Assembly: GCF_044647545.1 (NCBI RefSeq) | Contig: NZ_CP172818.1 | Reading direction: 5' to 3' (one strand) | Source of the DNA: Escherichia coli | GTDB lineage: Bacteria > Pseudomonadota > Gammaproteobacteria > Enterobacterales > Enterobacteriaceae | Length of the DNA: 64,000 nucleotides | Shown: positions 1-10,935 of the stretch, piece after piece | Position numbering within the stretch: the stretch's first letter is position 1 | Layout: each line of letters starts with the position of its first letter | Program-made: the position numbers and the translations under genes | Notes under the pieces: model-generated | Database searches by the model: none | What the model saw: the letters and a program-made list of their open reading frames with translations, nothing else | What the model was told of the DNA's origin: nothing

Positions 1-604
1 TTTGCCGCACTGTCGGTTCGATCAAATCTGCCCCGCGGACAATTTCGCTCACGCCCTGGAAGTGATCATCCACCACCACCGCCAGGTTATAGGCAAACAA
101 ACCATCACGGCGATGAATAATAAAATCTTCCCGTGCCAGTTTTTCGTCGGCGTGAATAATGCCTCGCAGCAGGTCAGTAAACTGGGTGACCGGATGCTGC
201 TGGCGGATACGTACTGCGGCGTTGTCTGGTCCATGATGCAAATCCCGGCAATGACCGTCGTAAATACCGCCAATGCTTTGAATACGCGCACGCGTGCAGG
301 TGCAGTAATAACTTAGTCCTTGCTCATGTAACCAGGCGAGTGCTTCGCGATAGGCGTGGTGACGTTGCGATTGCCAGAGAACGTCGCCGTCCCAGTGCAG
401 GCCGTAATGTTCCAGCTGGCGCAGGATAGTCTCTGCGGCACCGGGAACTTCACGAGGCGGGTCGATATCTTCTATGCGTACCAGCCAGAGACCTTGCCGG
501 GCGCGAGCCTGTAAATAGCTGCCAAGCGCGGCAATCAGAGAGCCAAAATGAAGCTCGCCGGAAGGAGAGGGGGCGAAGCGACCAATATAGTGTGTGTCTG
601 TCAT
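1..604 (-). CDS. gluQ: glutamyl-Q tRNA(Asp) synthetase, N-terminal ~200 codons; 3' end lies beyond window start
   Basis: Reverse-strand translation from ATG (revcomp of 602-604) gives [38 protein letters not shown]; frame still reads GluQ-like (..[32 protein letters not shown]) at window edge. Confidence 0.85.
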   Translation of the reverse strand, partial: MTDTHYIGRFAPSPSGELHFGSLIAALGSYLQARARQGLWLVRIEDIDPPREVPGAAETILRQLEHYGLHWDGDVLWQSQRHHAYREALAWLHEQGLSYYCTCTRARIQSIGGIYDGHCRDLHHGPDNAAVRIRQQHPVTQFTDLLRGIIHADEKLAREDFIIHRRDGLFAYNLAVVVDDHFQGVSEIVRGADLIEPTVRQ

Positions 605-670
605 CTCTTTGAACAAAAAATAAGGCGGGAGCATTTCCCGCCTGTGGTAAACGTGATGGAACGGCTGTAA

Positions 671-1126
671 TTAGCCAGCCATTTGTTTTTCGCGAATTTC
701 AGCCAGCGTTTTGCAGTCGATGCACAGATCGGCTGTCGGGCGCGCTTCCAGACGGCGAATACCAATTTCAACACCGCAGGACTCGCAGTAGCCGAAATCT
801 TCGTCTTCCACTTTTTTCAGCGTCTTCTCGATCTTTTTGATCAGCTTACGCTCGCGATCGCGGTTACGCAGTTCGAGGCTGAACTCTTCTTCCTGGGCTG
901 CACGGTCTACCGGGTCCGGGAAGTTGGCTGCTTCATCCTGCATATGTGTAACGGTGCGATCGACTTCATCCCTGAGTTGATTACGCCATGCTTCCAGAAT
1001 ACGACGGAAGTGCGCCAGCTGGGCTTCATTCATATACTCTTCGCCCGGCTTCTCCTGATATGGCTCCACCCCAGCGATGGCGAGAATACTCAGGGACGAT
1101 GTTTTACGGTTTTGCCCTTCTTGCAT
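671..1126 (-). CDS. dksA: RNA polymerase-binding transcription factor DksA (151 aa)
   Basis: ORF 671..1144(-) contains [19 protein letters not shown]...C4 zinc finger [25 protein letters not shown]; ATG at 1124-1126 preceded by GGAG RBS. Confidence 0.95.
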   Translation of the reverse strand: MQEGQNRKTSSLSILAIAGVEPYQEKPGEEYMNEAQLAHFRRILEAWRNQLRDEVDRTVTHMQDEAANFPDPVDRAAQEEEFSLELRNRDRERKLIKKIEKTLKKVEDEDFGYCESCGVEIGIRRLEARPTADLCIDCKTLAEIREKQMAG

Positions 1127-1303
1127 GTTGCTTCTCCTTAACACGCACTATCGATCCCCATGTTCGGGGGAAAAATGAGGCCGCTATAAATAGCAGATGC
1201 TTTTCCGGATAGCAATTATCTAAACGTAACACTTGACAACTGTGTGAGGAAAAGCGTATTTGCGCACGCGACCAGAATGTAAATTAACCAGTTACTTACT
1301 CTA

Positions 1304-2553
<1,250 letters not shown>

Positions 2554-2626
2554 GTGAGGCACTCGGTTATGAATTACCGCGATGCTACAATGTGGCGCGA
2601 AGAATGTTAACCCTCTGGAGCGTTTT

Positions 2627-5056
2627 GTGTCGTCGTTGCCCGTTGCTGCCGTCTTACCTGAGTTACTTGCTGCCCTCGATGGTGCATCGCAGGTGTTATT
2701 AAGTGCGCCGACCGGGGCCGGGAAATCAACCTGGCTGCCGCTGCAACTGCTGGCGCATCCAGGCATTAACGGGAAAGTTATCCTGCTGGAGCCGCGTCGT
2801 CTGGCGGCGCGTAACGTTGCGCAACGACTGGCGGAGCTGCTTAACGAAAAGCCAGGCGATACCGTTGGCTACCGGATGCGTGCGCAAAACTGCGTCGGGC
2901 CGAATACCCGCCTGGAAGTGGTTACCGAAGGCGTGCTGACGCGGATGATCCAGCGTGACCCGGAACTGAGCGGTGTTGGATTGGTGATCCTTGATGAATT
3001 TCATGAGCGCAGCTTGCAGGCGGATTTGGCGTTGGCGCTGTTACTCGATGTGCAACAAGGTCTGCGTGATGACCTTAAACTGCTGATTATGTCGGCTACG
3101 CTGGACAACGACCGCTTGCAGCAAATGCTGCCAGAAGCGCCCGTCATCATCTCAGAAGGGCGCTCGTTTCCGGTTGAACGCCGTTATTTACCGCTGCCCG
3201 CGCATCAGCGTTTTGACGAAGCCGTTGCGGTAGCCACCGCCGAAATGCTGCGTCAGGAAAGCGGATCATTACTGTTATTTTTACCTGGCGTCGGAGAAAT
3301 TCAGCGTGTGCAGGAACAACTGGCTTCGCGCATCGGCAGTGATGTGTTGCTCTGCCCGCTGTATGGCGCGTTGTCGCTGAACGATCAGCGAAAAGCGATC
3401 CTCCCGGCACCGCAAGGGATGCGCAAAGTGGTGCTGGCGACCAATATTGCTGAAACCAGTTTAACCATTGAAGGTATTCGTCTGGTGGTGGATTGTGCCC
3501 AGGAGAGGGTGGCGCGTTTTGATCCGCGTACAGGGCTTACGCGGTTGATTACTCAACGCGTTAGTCAGGCGTCGATGACGCAACGTGCCGGGCGTGCCGG
3601 GCGTCTGGAGCCGGGTATCTGCCTGCATTTAATCGCCAAAGAACAAGCCGAACGCGCCGCGGCGCAAAGTGAACCGGAAATATTACAAAGCGATCTCTCC
3701 GGTTTGCTGATGGAATTACTGCAATGGGGATGCAGCGATCCTGCGCAGATGAGCTGGCTGGATCAACCGCCAACGGTGAATCTACTGGCCGCGAAACGCC
3801 TGTTACGGATGCTGGGGGCGCTGGACGGTGAACGGCTTAGTGCGCAAGGGCAAAAAATGGCAGCGCTGGGTAACGATCCGCGTTTAGCGGCAATGCTGGT
3901 TAGCGCGAAGAACGACGACGAAGCTGCTACCGCGGCAAAAATTGCCGCCATTCTCGAAGAGCCGCCACGGATGGGCAATAGTGACCTGGGCGTGGCGTTT
4001 TCGCGCAATCAACCCGCCTGGCAGCAACGTAGTCAGCAACTGTTAAAACGCTTAAACGTACGCGGCGGTGAGGCAGACAGTTCGCTTATCGCGCCGCTAC
4101 TTGCCAGAGCGTATGCCGATCGCATTGCTCGTCGCCGTGGGCAAGATGGACGCTATCAACTGGCGAACGGCATGGGGGCGATGCTCGATGCCGACGATGC
4201 GCTAAGCCGCCACGAATGGTTGATCGCACCGTTATTATTGCAGGGCAGCGCCTCGCCGGATGCGCGGATTTTACTGGCGCTACCGGTCGATATTGATGAG
4301 TTAGTACAACGCTGCCCGCAGCTGGTACAGCAATCGGACACCGTGGAGTGGGATGACGCGCAAGGTACGCTGAAAGCCTGGCGTCGGCTGCAAATCGGTC
4401 AGTTGATGGTGAAAGTGCAGCCACTGGCGAAACCCTCGGAAGACGAGTTGCATCAGGCGATGCTTAACGGCATTCGTGATAAAGGTTTAAGCGTGCTCAA
4501 CTGGACGGCGGAAGCGGAACAGTTACGCTTGCGTTTGTTATGCGCCGCAAAGTGGTTGCCGGAATATGACTGGCCAGCGGTTGATGATGAGAGTTTGTTG
4601 GCGACGCTGGAAACGTGGCTACTGCCGCATATGACAGGCGTACATTCGCTACGCGGCTTGAAATCACTCGATATTTATCAGGCACTGCGTGGATTACTTG
4701 ATTGGGTAATGCAGCAACGTCTGGATAGTGAATTGCCTGCGCATTACACTGTGCCGACGGGAAGCCGGATCGCCATTCGTTATCATGAAGATAACCCGCC
4801 CGCGCTGGCGGTGAGAATGCAGGAGATGTTTGGCGAGGCCACCAATCCGATGATCGCCCAGGGGCGCGTGCCGCTGGTGCTGGAGTTGCTTTCCCCTGCC
4901 CAAAGGCCGCTGCAAATCACGCGTGATTTGAGCGCCTTCTGGAAAGGAGCGTACCGTGAGGTGCAAAAAGAGATGAAAGGGCGTTATCCCAAACATGTCT
5001 GGCCGGACGACCCGGCAAACACCGCACCGACGCGACGAACGAAAAAGTATTCGTGA
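2627..5056 (+). CDS. hrpB: ATP-dependent RNA helicase HrpB (DEAH-box), ~809 aa
   Basis: Walker A SAPTGAGKST, DEFH motif (ILDEFHERS), SAT motif; probable GTG start at 2627 (VSSLPVAAVLPELL), ORF track start 2582 is an extension. Confidence 0.9.
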   Translation: MSSLPVAAVLPELLAALDGASQVLLSAPTGAGKSTWLPLQLLAHPGINGKVILLEPRRLAARNVAQRLAELLNEKPGDTVGYRMRAQNCVGPNTRLEVVTEGVLTRMIQRDPELSGVGLVILDEFHERSLQADLALALLLDVQQGLRDDLKLLIMSATLDNDRLQQMLPEAPVIISEGRSFPVERRYLPLPAHQRFDEAVAVATAEMLRQESGSLLLFLPGVGEIQRVQEQLASRIGSDVLLCPLYGALSLNDQRKAILPAPQGMRKVVLATNIAETSLTIEGIRLVVDCAQERVARFDPRTGLTRLITQRVSQASMTQRAGRAGRLEPGICLHLIAKEQAERAAAQSEPEILQSDLSGLLMELLQWGCSDPAQMSWLDQPPTVNLLAAKRLLRMLGALDGERLSAQGQKMAALGNDPRLAAMLVSAKNDDEAATAAKIAAILEEPPRMGNSDLGVAFSRNQPAWQQRSQQLLKRLNVRGGEADSSLIAPLLARAYADRIARRRGQDGRYQLANGMGAMLDADDALSRHEWLIAPLLLQGSASPDARILLALPVDIDELVQRCPQLVQQSDTVEWDDAQGTLKAWRRLQIGQLMVKVQPLAKPSEDELHQAMLNGIRDKGLSVLNWTAEAEQLRLRLLCAAKWLPEYDWPAVDDESLLATLETWLLPHMTGVHSLRGLKSLDIYQALRGLLDWVMQQRLDSELPAHYTVPTGSRIAIRYHEDNPPALAVRMQEMFGEATNPMIAQGRVPLVLELLSPAQRPLQITRDLSAFWKGAYREVQKEMKGRYPKHVWPDDPANTAPTRRTKKYS

Positions 5057-5149
5057 AGACCAAAGCAAATTTGAGAGATATCTTCTTCTGTCTTGCAACA
5101 GAAGAACAGAAAATCGGGCTTTTGCGCCTGAATATTGCGGAGAAAAAGC

Positions 5150-7684
5150 ATGGCCGGGAATGACCGCGAGCCAATTGGACGCAAAGGGAAACCGACGCGT
5201 CCGGTCAAACAAAAGGTAAGCCGTCGTCGTTACGAAGATGACGATGATTACGACGATTATGATGACTATGAGGATGAAGAACCGATGCCGCGCAAAGGTA
5301 AGGGCAAAGGCAAAGGGCGTAAGCCTCGTGGCAAACGCGGCTGGCTATGGCTGCTGCTAAAACTGGCTATCGTTTTTGCCGTGCTGATCGCCATTTACGG
5401 CGTTTATCTCGATCAAAAAATTCGCAGCCGTATTGATGGCAAGGTCTGGCAATTGCCCGCGGCAGTTTATGGCCGAATGGTCAACCTTGAGCCAGACATG
5501 ACCATCAGCAAGAACGAGATGGTGAAGCTGCTGGAGGCGACCCAGTATCGTCAGGTGTCGAAAATGACCCGTCCTGGCGAATTTACCGTGCAGGCCAACA
5601 GCATTGAGATGATCCGCCGTCCGTTTGATTTCCCGGACAGTAAAGAAGGGCAGGTGCGTGCACGTCTGACCTTTGATGGCGATCATCTGGCGACGATCGT
5701 CAATATGGAGAACAACCGTCAGTTCGGTTTCTTCCGTCTTGATCCGCGCCTGATCACTATGATCTCTTCACCAAACGGTGAGCAACGTCTGTTTGTGCCG
5801 CGCAGTGGTTTCCCGGATCTGCTGGTGGATACTTTGCTGGCAACAGAAGACCGTCATTTTTACGAGCATGATGGGATCAGTCTCTACTCCATCGGACGTG
5901 CGGTGCTGGCAAACCTGACCGCCGGACGCACGGTGCAGGGGGCGAGTACGCTGACGCAACAGCTGGTGAAAAACCTGTTCCTCTCCAGCGAGCGTTCTTA
6001 CTGGCGTAAAGCGAACGAAGCCTACATGGCGCTGATCATGGACGCGCGTTACAGCAAAGACCGTATTCTTGAGCTGTATATGAACGAGGTGTATCTCGGT
6101 CAGAGCGGCGACAACGAAATCCGCGGCTTCCCGCTGGCGAGCTTGTATTACTTTGGTCGCCCGGTAGAAGAATTGAGCCTCGATCAGCAGGCGCTGTTGG
6201 TGGGTATGGTGAAAGGGGCGTCCATCTACAACCCGTGGCGTAACCCGAAACTGGCGCTGGAGCGACGTAACCTGGTGCTACGTCTGCTGCAACAGCAACA
6301 GATTATTGATCAAGAACTCTATGACATGTTGAGTGCACGTCCGCTGGGTGTTCAGCCGCGCGGTGGGGTGATCTCTCCTCAGCCAGCCTTTATGCAACTG
6401 GTGCGTCAGGAGCTGCAGGCGAAATTAGGCGATAAGGTAAAAGATCTCTCCGGCGTGAAGATCTTCACTACCTTTGACTCGGTGGCCCAGGACGCGGCAG
6501 AAAAAGCCGCCGTGGAAGGCATTCCGGCACTGAAGAAACAGCGTAAGTTGAGCGATCTGGAAACCGCGATTGTGGTCGTCGACCGCTTTAGTGGTGAAGT
6601 TCGTGCGATGGTCGGTGGTTCTGAGCCGCAGTTTGCGGGCTACAACCGTGCGATGCAGGCGCGTCGTTCGATTGGTTCTCTTGCAAAACCAGCGACTTAT
6701 CTGACGGCCTTAAGCCAGCCGAAAATCTATCGCCTGAACACGTGGATTGCCGATGCGCCAATCGCGCTGCGTCAGCCGAATGGCCAGGTCTGGTCACCGC
6801 AGAACGATGACCGTCGTTATAGCGAAAGTGGCAGAGTGATGCTGGTGGATGCGTTGACCCGTTCGATGAACGTGCCGACGGTAAATCTGGGGATGGCGCT
6901 GGGGCTGCCTGCGGTTACGGAGACCTGGATTAAACTGGGCGTACCGAAAGATCAGCTGCATCCGGTTCCGGCGATGCTGCTGGGGGCGTTGAACTTAACG
7001 CCAATCGAAGTGGCGCAGGCATTCCAGACTATCGCCAGCGGCGGTAACCGTGCACCGCTTTCTGCGCTGCGTTCGGTAATTGCGGAAGATGGCAAAGTGC
7101 TGTATCAGAGCTTCCCGCAGGCGGAACGCGCGGTTCCGGCGCAGGCGGCGTATCTGACACTATGGACCATGCAGCAGGTGGTACAACGTGGTACGGGGCG
7201 TCAGCTTGGGGCGAAATACCCGAACCTGCATCTGGCAGGGAAAACAGGGACTACCAACAATAACGTAGATACCTGGTTTGCGGGCATTGACGGCAGCACG
7301 GTGACCATCACCTGGGTAGGCCGTGATAACAACCAGCCGACCAAACTGTATGGAGCCAGCGGGGCAATGTCGATTTATCAGCGTTATCTGGCTAACCAGA
7401 CGCCAACACCGCTGAATCTTGTTCCGCCAGAAGATATTGCAGATATGGGCGTGGACTACGACGGCAACTTTGTTTGCAGCGGTGGCATGCGTGTCTTGCC
7501 GGTCTGGACCAGCGATCCGCAATCGCTGTGCCAGCAGAGTGAGATTCAGCAGCAACCGTCAGGCAATCCGTTTGATCAGTCTTCTCAGCCGCAGCAACAA
7601 CCGCAACAGCAACCTGCTCAGCAAGAGCAGAAAGACAGCGACGGTGTAGCTGGTTGGATCAAGGATATGTTTGGTAGTAATTAA
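5150..7684 (+). CDS. mrcB: penicillin-binding protein 1B (bifunctional glycosyltransferase/transpeptidase), 844 aa
   Basis: [19 protein letters not shown]..., acidic [15 protein letters not shown] tract, TM segment, GT motif [12 protein letters not shown] motifs, Q-rich C-terminus. Confidence 0.95.
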   Translation: MAGNDREPIGRKGKPTRPVKQKVSRRRYEDDDDYDDYDDYEDEEPMPRKGKGKGKGRKPRGKRGWLWLLLKLAIVFAVLIAIYGVYLDQKIRSRIDGKVWQLPAAVYGRMVNLEPDMTISKNEMVKLLEATQYRQVSKMTRPGEFTVQANSIEMIRRPFDFPDSKEGQVRARLTFDGDHLATIVNMENNRQFGFFRLDPRLITMISSPNGEQRLFVPRSGFPDLLVDTLLATEDRHFYEHDGISLYSIGRAVLANLTAGRTVQGASTLTQQLVKNLFLSSERSYWRKANEAYMALIMDARYSKDRILELYMNEVYLGQSGDNEIRGFPLASLYYFGRPVEELSLDQQALLVGMVKGASIYNPWRNPKLALERRNLVLRLLQQQQIIDQELYDMLSARPLGVQPRGGVISPQPAFMQLVRQELQAKLGDKVKDLSGVKIFTTFDSVAQDAAEKAAVEGIPALKKQRKLSDLETAIVVVDRFSGEVRAMVGGSEPQFAGYNRAMQARRSIGSLAKPATYLTALSQPKIYRLNTWIADAPIALRQPNGQVWSPQNDDRRYSESGRVMLVDALTRSMNVPTVNLGMALGLPAVTETWIKLGVPKDQLHPVPAMLLGALNLTPIEVAQAFQTIASGGNRAPLSALRSVIAEDGKVLYQSFPQAERAVPAQAAYLTLWTMQQVVQRGTGRQLGAKYPNLHLAGKTGTTNNNVDTWFAGIDGSTVTITWVGRDNNQPTKLYGASGAMSIYQRYLANQTPTPLNLVPPEDIADMGVDYDGNFVCSGGMRVLPVWTSDPQSLCQQSEIQQQPSGNPFDQSSQPQQQPQQQPAQQEQKDSDGVAGWIKDMFGSN

Positions 7685-7700
7685 CGTCTAAGCGTGACAT

Positions 7701-7725
7701 ACCGGATGGCGAGTTGCCATCCGGT
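7701..7725 (+). terminator. perfect 10-bp inverted repeat hairpin just downstream of mrcB stop
   Basis: accggatggc-gagtt-gccatccggt followed by A/T-rich sequence; lacks a clean U-tract. Confidence 0.4.
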
Positions 7726-7844
7726 AAAATAACATCCCACCTAAAGTATTAACCCTTTCTTTTCATCTGGTTGTTTATTAACCCTTCAGGAACGCTCAGA
7801 TTGCGTACCGCTTGCGAACCCGCCAGCGTTTCGAATATTATCTT

Positions 7845-7880
7845 ATCTTTATAATAATCATTCTCGTTTACGTTATCATT
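7845..7880 (+). promoter_or_regulatory. Fur box / iron-regulated promoter region of fhuA
   Basis: tctttATAATAATCATTctcgtttacgTTATCATTcac contains tandem Fur hexamer-like repeats (ATAATCATT / TTATCATT) overlapping a TATAAT -10 at 7850-7855. Confidence 0.6.
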
Positions 7881-7903
7881 CACTTTACATCAGAGATATA
7901 CCA

Positions 7904-10087
7904 ATGGCGCGTTCCAAAACTGCTCAGCCAAAACACTCACTGCGTAAAATCGCAGTTGTAGTAGCCACAGCGGTTAGCGGCATGTCTGTTTATGCACAGG
8001 CAGCGGTTGAACCGAAAGAAGACACTATCACCGTTACCGCTGCACCTGCGCCGCAAGAAAGCGCATGGGGGCCAGCTGCAACTATTGCGGCGAAGCACTC
8101 TGCTACTGCGACTAAAACGGATACACCAATTGAAAAAACGCCGCAGTCTATTTCGGTTGTGACAAATGAAGAGATGCAGATGCATCAATTTCAGTCTGTA
8201 AAAGAAGCATTAGGTTATACACCTGGCGTTACAGTTAGCAGTCGTGGTGCTTCTAATACATATGATTTTGTTATCATTCGTGGTTTCTCATCTGTTGGCC
8301 TGAATCAAAATAACTACCTTGATGGACTAAAACTTCAGGGCAACTTTTATAACGATGCTGTGATTGATCCTTACATGCTCGAGAGGGTTGAACTGATGCG
8401 TGGGCCGACGTCTGTTCTCTATGGAAAAAGTAATCCTGGTGGGATTATTTCTATGGTGAGTAAGCGCCCGACCACTGACCCCCTGAAAGAAATTCAGTTT
8501 AAAATGGGGACGGATAATCTGTTTCAGACCGGATTCGATTTCAGTGATGCGCTGGATGATAACGGTGAGTTCTCCTACCGTTTGACTGGCCTCGCTCGCT
8601 CAACAAACGAACAGCAGAAAAACTCTGAATCTCAGCGTTATACCATTGCTCCATCATTCTCATGGCGGCCGGACGACAAAACCAATTTAACTTTCCTGTC
8701 CTATTTCCAGAATGAACCAGAAACGGGTTATTACGGTTGGTTGCCGAAAGAGGGGACCGTTGAGCCATTGCCTAATGGTAAGCGTCTACCGACTGACTTC
8801 AATGAAGGTGCGTCGAATAATACATACTCCCGTAACCAGAAAATGGTGGGATATAGTTTTGAACATGGTTTTAATGACACCTTCACCGTGCGTCAGAATC
8901 TGCGTTTCAGTGAAATGAAAACCTCACAGAAAAGTGTTTATGGCCACAGGGATTGCCAGCGATGGTCATACCCTAAACCGCGGGACAGTGGTGGATAATG
9001 AGCGTCTACAAAACTTTAGCGTTGATACCCAACTTGAAAGTAAGTTTGCTACAGGTGACGTCGGGCATACTTTGCTGACAGGGGTAGACTTCATGCGTAT
9101 GCGCAATGATATCAATGCCAGCTTTGGATCTGCACCATCCATCGATCTTTATAACAAATACCATCCTGAATACTTTGCATTTGGTAGCGCAGAGCCATAC
9201 CAGATGAATGAAAGCAAACAAACAGGTATTTATGTTCAGGATCAGGCGGAATGGAATAAATGGGTATTCACTCTGGGGGGGCGCTACGATTGGTCTAAGC
9301 AAGCGACCAAAAACTCTTATACGCCGACTGAAGGTTATATTGAGCGCAATGATCATCAGTTCACCTGGCGCGGTGGTGTAAATTACTTATTCGATAATGG
9401 TATTTCACCTTACTTTAGCTATAGCCAGTCCTTTGAACCGAGTGCTTTCGATCTGGGAACAAGCAACCCGCGCGTTTCCTATAAGCCATCGAAAGGTGAA
9501 CAGTATGAAGCTGGCGTAAAATATGTTCCGAATGATATGCCGGTCGTTGTTACGGGCGCAGTCTATCAATTGACGAAAACAAATAACCTGACAGCAGACC
9601 CAACAAACCCCATTAGCGAAGTCCCGCAGGTGAGATTCGCGCTCGTGGTGTGGAACTTGAAGCAAAAGCGGCGTTAAATGCCAATATTAACTTGACGGCT
9701 TCTTATACCTACACCGATGCGGAATACACCAAAGACACCAATCTCAAAGGTAAAACTCCAGAACAAGTACCGAAGCATATGGCATCTCTCTGGGGGGATT
9801 ATACCTTCAATGAAGGGCCGTTTTCTGGTTTAACATTGGGAACAGGTGGTCGTTTTATTGGTTCCAGCTATGGTGATCCGGCGAACACTTTTAAAGTGGG
9901 TAGCGCAGCTGTAATGGATGCTGTTGTAAAATATGATCTGGCACGCTTTGGTATGGCGGGATCCAGCCTTGCTGTGAACGTCAACAATTTGCTCGATCGT
10001 GAGTATGTTGCCAGTTGCTTCCAGACCTATGGCTGCTTCTGGGGCGCAGAACGTCAGGTCGTTGCAACCGCAACCTTCCGTTTCTAA
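7904..10087 (+). pseudogene. fhuA: ferrichrome outer-membrane transporter FhuA (TonB-dependent receptor), reading frame interrupted by two frameshifts
   Basis: Three consecutive ORFs (7904..8998, 8934..9677, 9650..10087) each translate to FhuA-like sequence; ORF1 and ORF3 share a frame, ORF2 is +1; junctions at ~8945-8957 and ~9629-9630. Confidence 0.85.
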
Positions 10088-10097
10088 TTTCTCTTTT

Positions 10098-10117
10098 GGG
10101 GCACGGATTTCCGTGCC
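10098..10117 (+). other. intra-operon stem-loop between fhuA and fhuC
   Basis: gggcacgg-attt-ccgtgccc perfect 8-bp stem immediately after fhuA stop. Confidence 0.5.
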
Positions 10118-10137
10118 CGTTTCACAAGTTGGCTGTT

Positions 10138-10935
10138 ATGCAGGAATACACGAATCATTCCGATACCACTTTTGCACTGCGTAATATCTCCTTTCGTGTG
10201 CCCGGGCGCACGCTTTTGCATCCGCTGTCGTTAACCTTTCCTGCCGGGAAAGTGACCGGTCTGATTGGTCACAACGGTTCTGGTAAATCCACTCTGCTCA
10301 AAATGCTTGGCCGTCATCAGCCGCCGTCGGAAGGGGAGATTCTTCTTGATGCCCAGCCGCTGGAAAGCTGGAGTAGCAAAGCGTTTGCCCGCAAAGTGGC
10401 TTATTTGCCGCAGCAGCTTCCTCCGGCAGAAGGGATGACGGTGCGTGAACTGGTGGCGATTGGTCGTTACCCGTGGCATGGCGCACTAGGGCGCTTTGGT
10501 GCGGCAGATCGCGAAAAGGTCGAGGAAGCTATCTCGCTGGTTGGCTTAAAACCGCTGGCGCATCGGCTGGTCGATAGTCTCTCTGGCGGCGAACGTCAGC
10601 GGGCGTGGATCGCCATGCTGGTGGCGCAGGATAGCCGTTGTCTGTTGCTCGACGAACCGACCTCGGCGCTGGATATCGCCCACCAGGTTGATGTGCTGGC
10701 GCTGGTGCATCGTTTAAGTCAGGAGCGTGGCCTGACGGTCATTGCCGTGCTGCACGATATCAATATGGCTGCGCGTTACTGTGATTATCTGGTCGCCCTG
10801 CGCGGCGGTGAAATGATTGCTCAGGGAACGCCTGCGGAAATTATGCGCGGCGAAACCCTCGAAATGATTTATGGCATCCCGATGGGTATTTTGCCGCATC
10901 CGGCGGGTGCTGCACCTGTGAGTTTTGTTTATTGA
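10138..10935 (+). CDS. fhuC: ferric hydroxamate ABC transporter ATP-binding protein (265 aa)
   Basis: MQEYTNHSDTTFALRNISFRVPGRTLL; Walker A GHNGSGKST, ABC signature LSGGERQR, Walker B LLLDEPTSALD. Confidence 0.95.
   Translation: MQEYTNHSDTTFALRNISFRVPGRTLLHPLSLTFPAGKVTGLIGHNGSGKSTLLKMLGRHQPPSEGEILLDAQPLESWSSKAFARKVAYLPQQLPPAEGMTVRELVAIGRYPWHGALGRFGAADREKVEEAISLVGLKPLAHRLVDSLSGGERQRAWIAMLVAQDSRCLLLDEPTSALDIAHQVDVLALVHRLSQERGLTVIAVLHDINMAARYCDYLVALRGGEMIAQGTPAEIMRGETLEMIYGIPMGILPHPAGAAPVSFVY

Noticed and set aside
5210-5340. Low-complexity acidic ([15 protein letters not shown]) and basic ([16 protein letters not shown]) tracts, plus the Q-rich tract near 7560..7640, in mrcB
   Set aside because: These are native features of the PBP1b cytoplasmic tail and C-terminus within a continuous ORF; there is no evidence of insertion or slippage-generated frameshift.
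8934-9677. Treating the three fhuA ORF fragments as separate genes, or as a new multi-gene receptor system
   Set aside because: All three fragments are collinear pieces of one FhuA homologue. The internal fragments start with GTG and have no RBS, and the two outer fragments share a reading frame. A single gene with two indels is the parsimonious reading.
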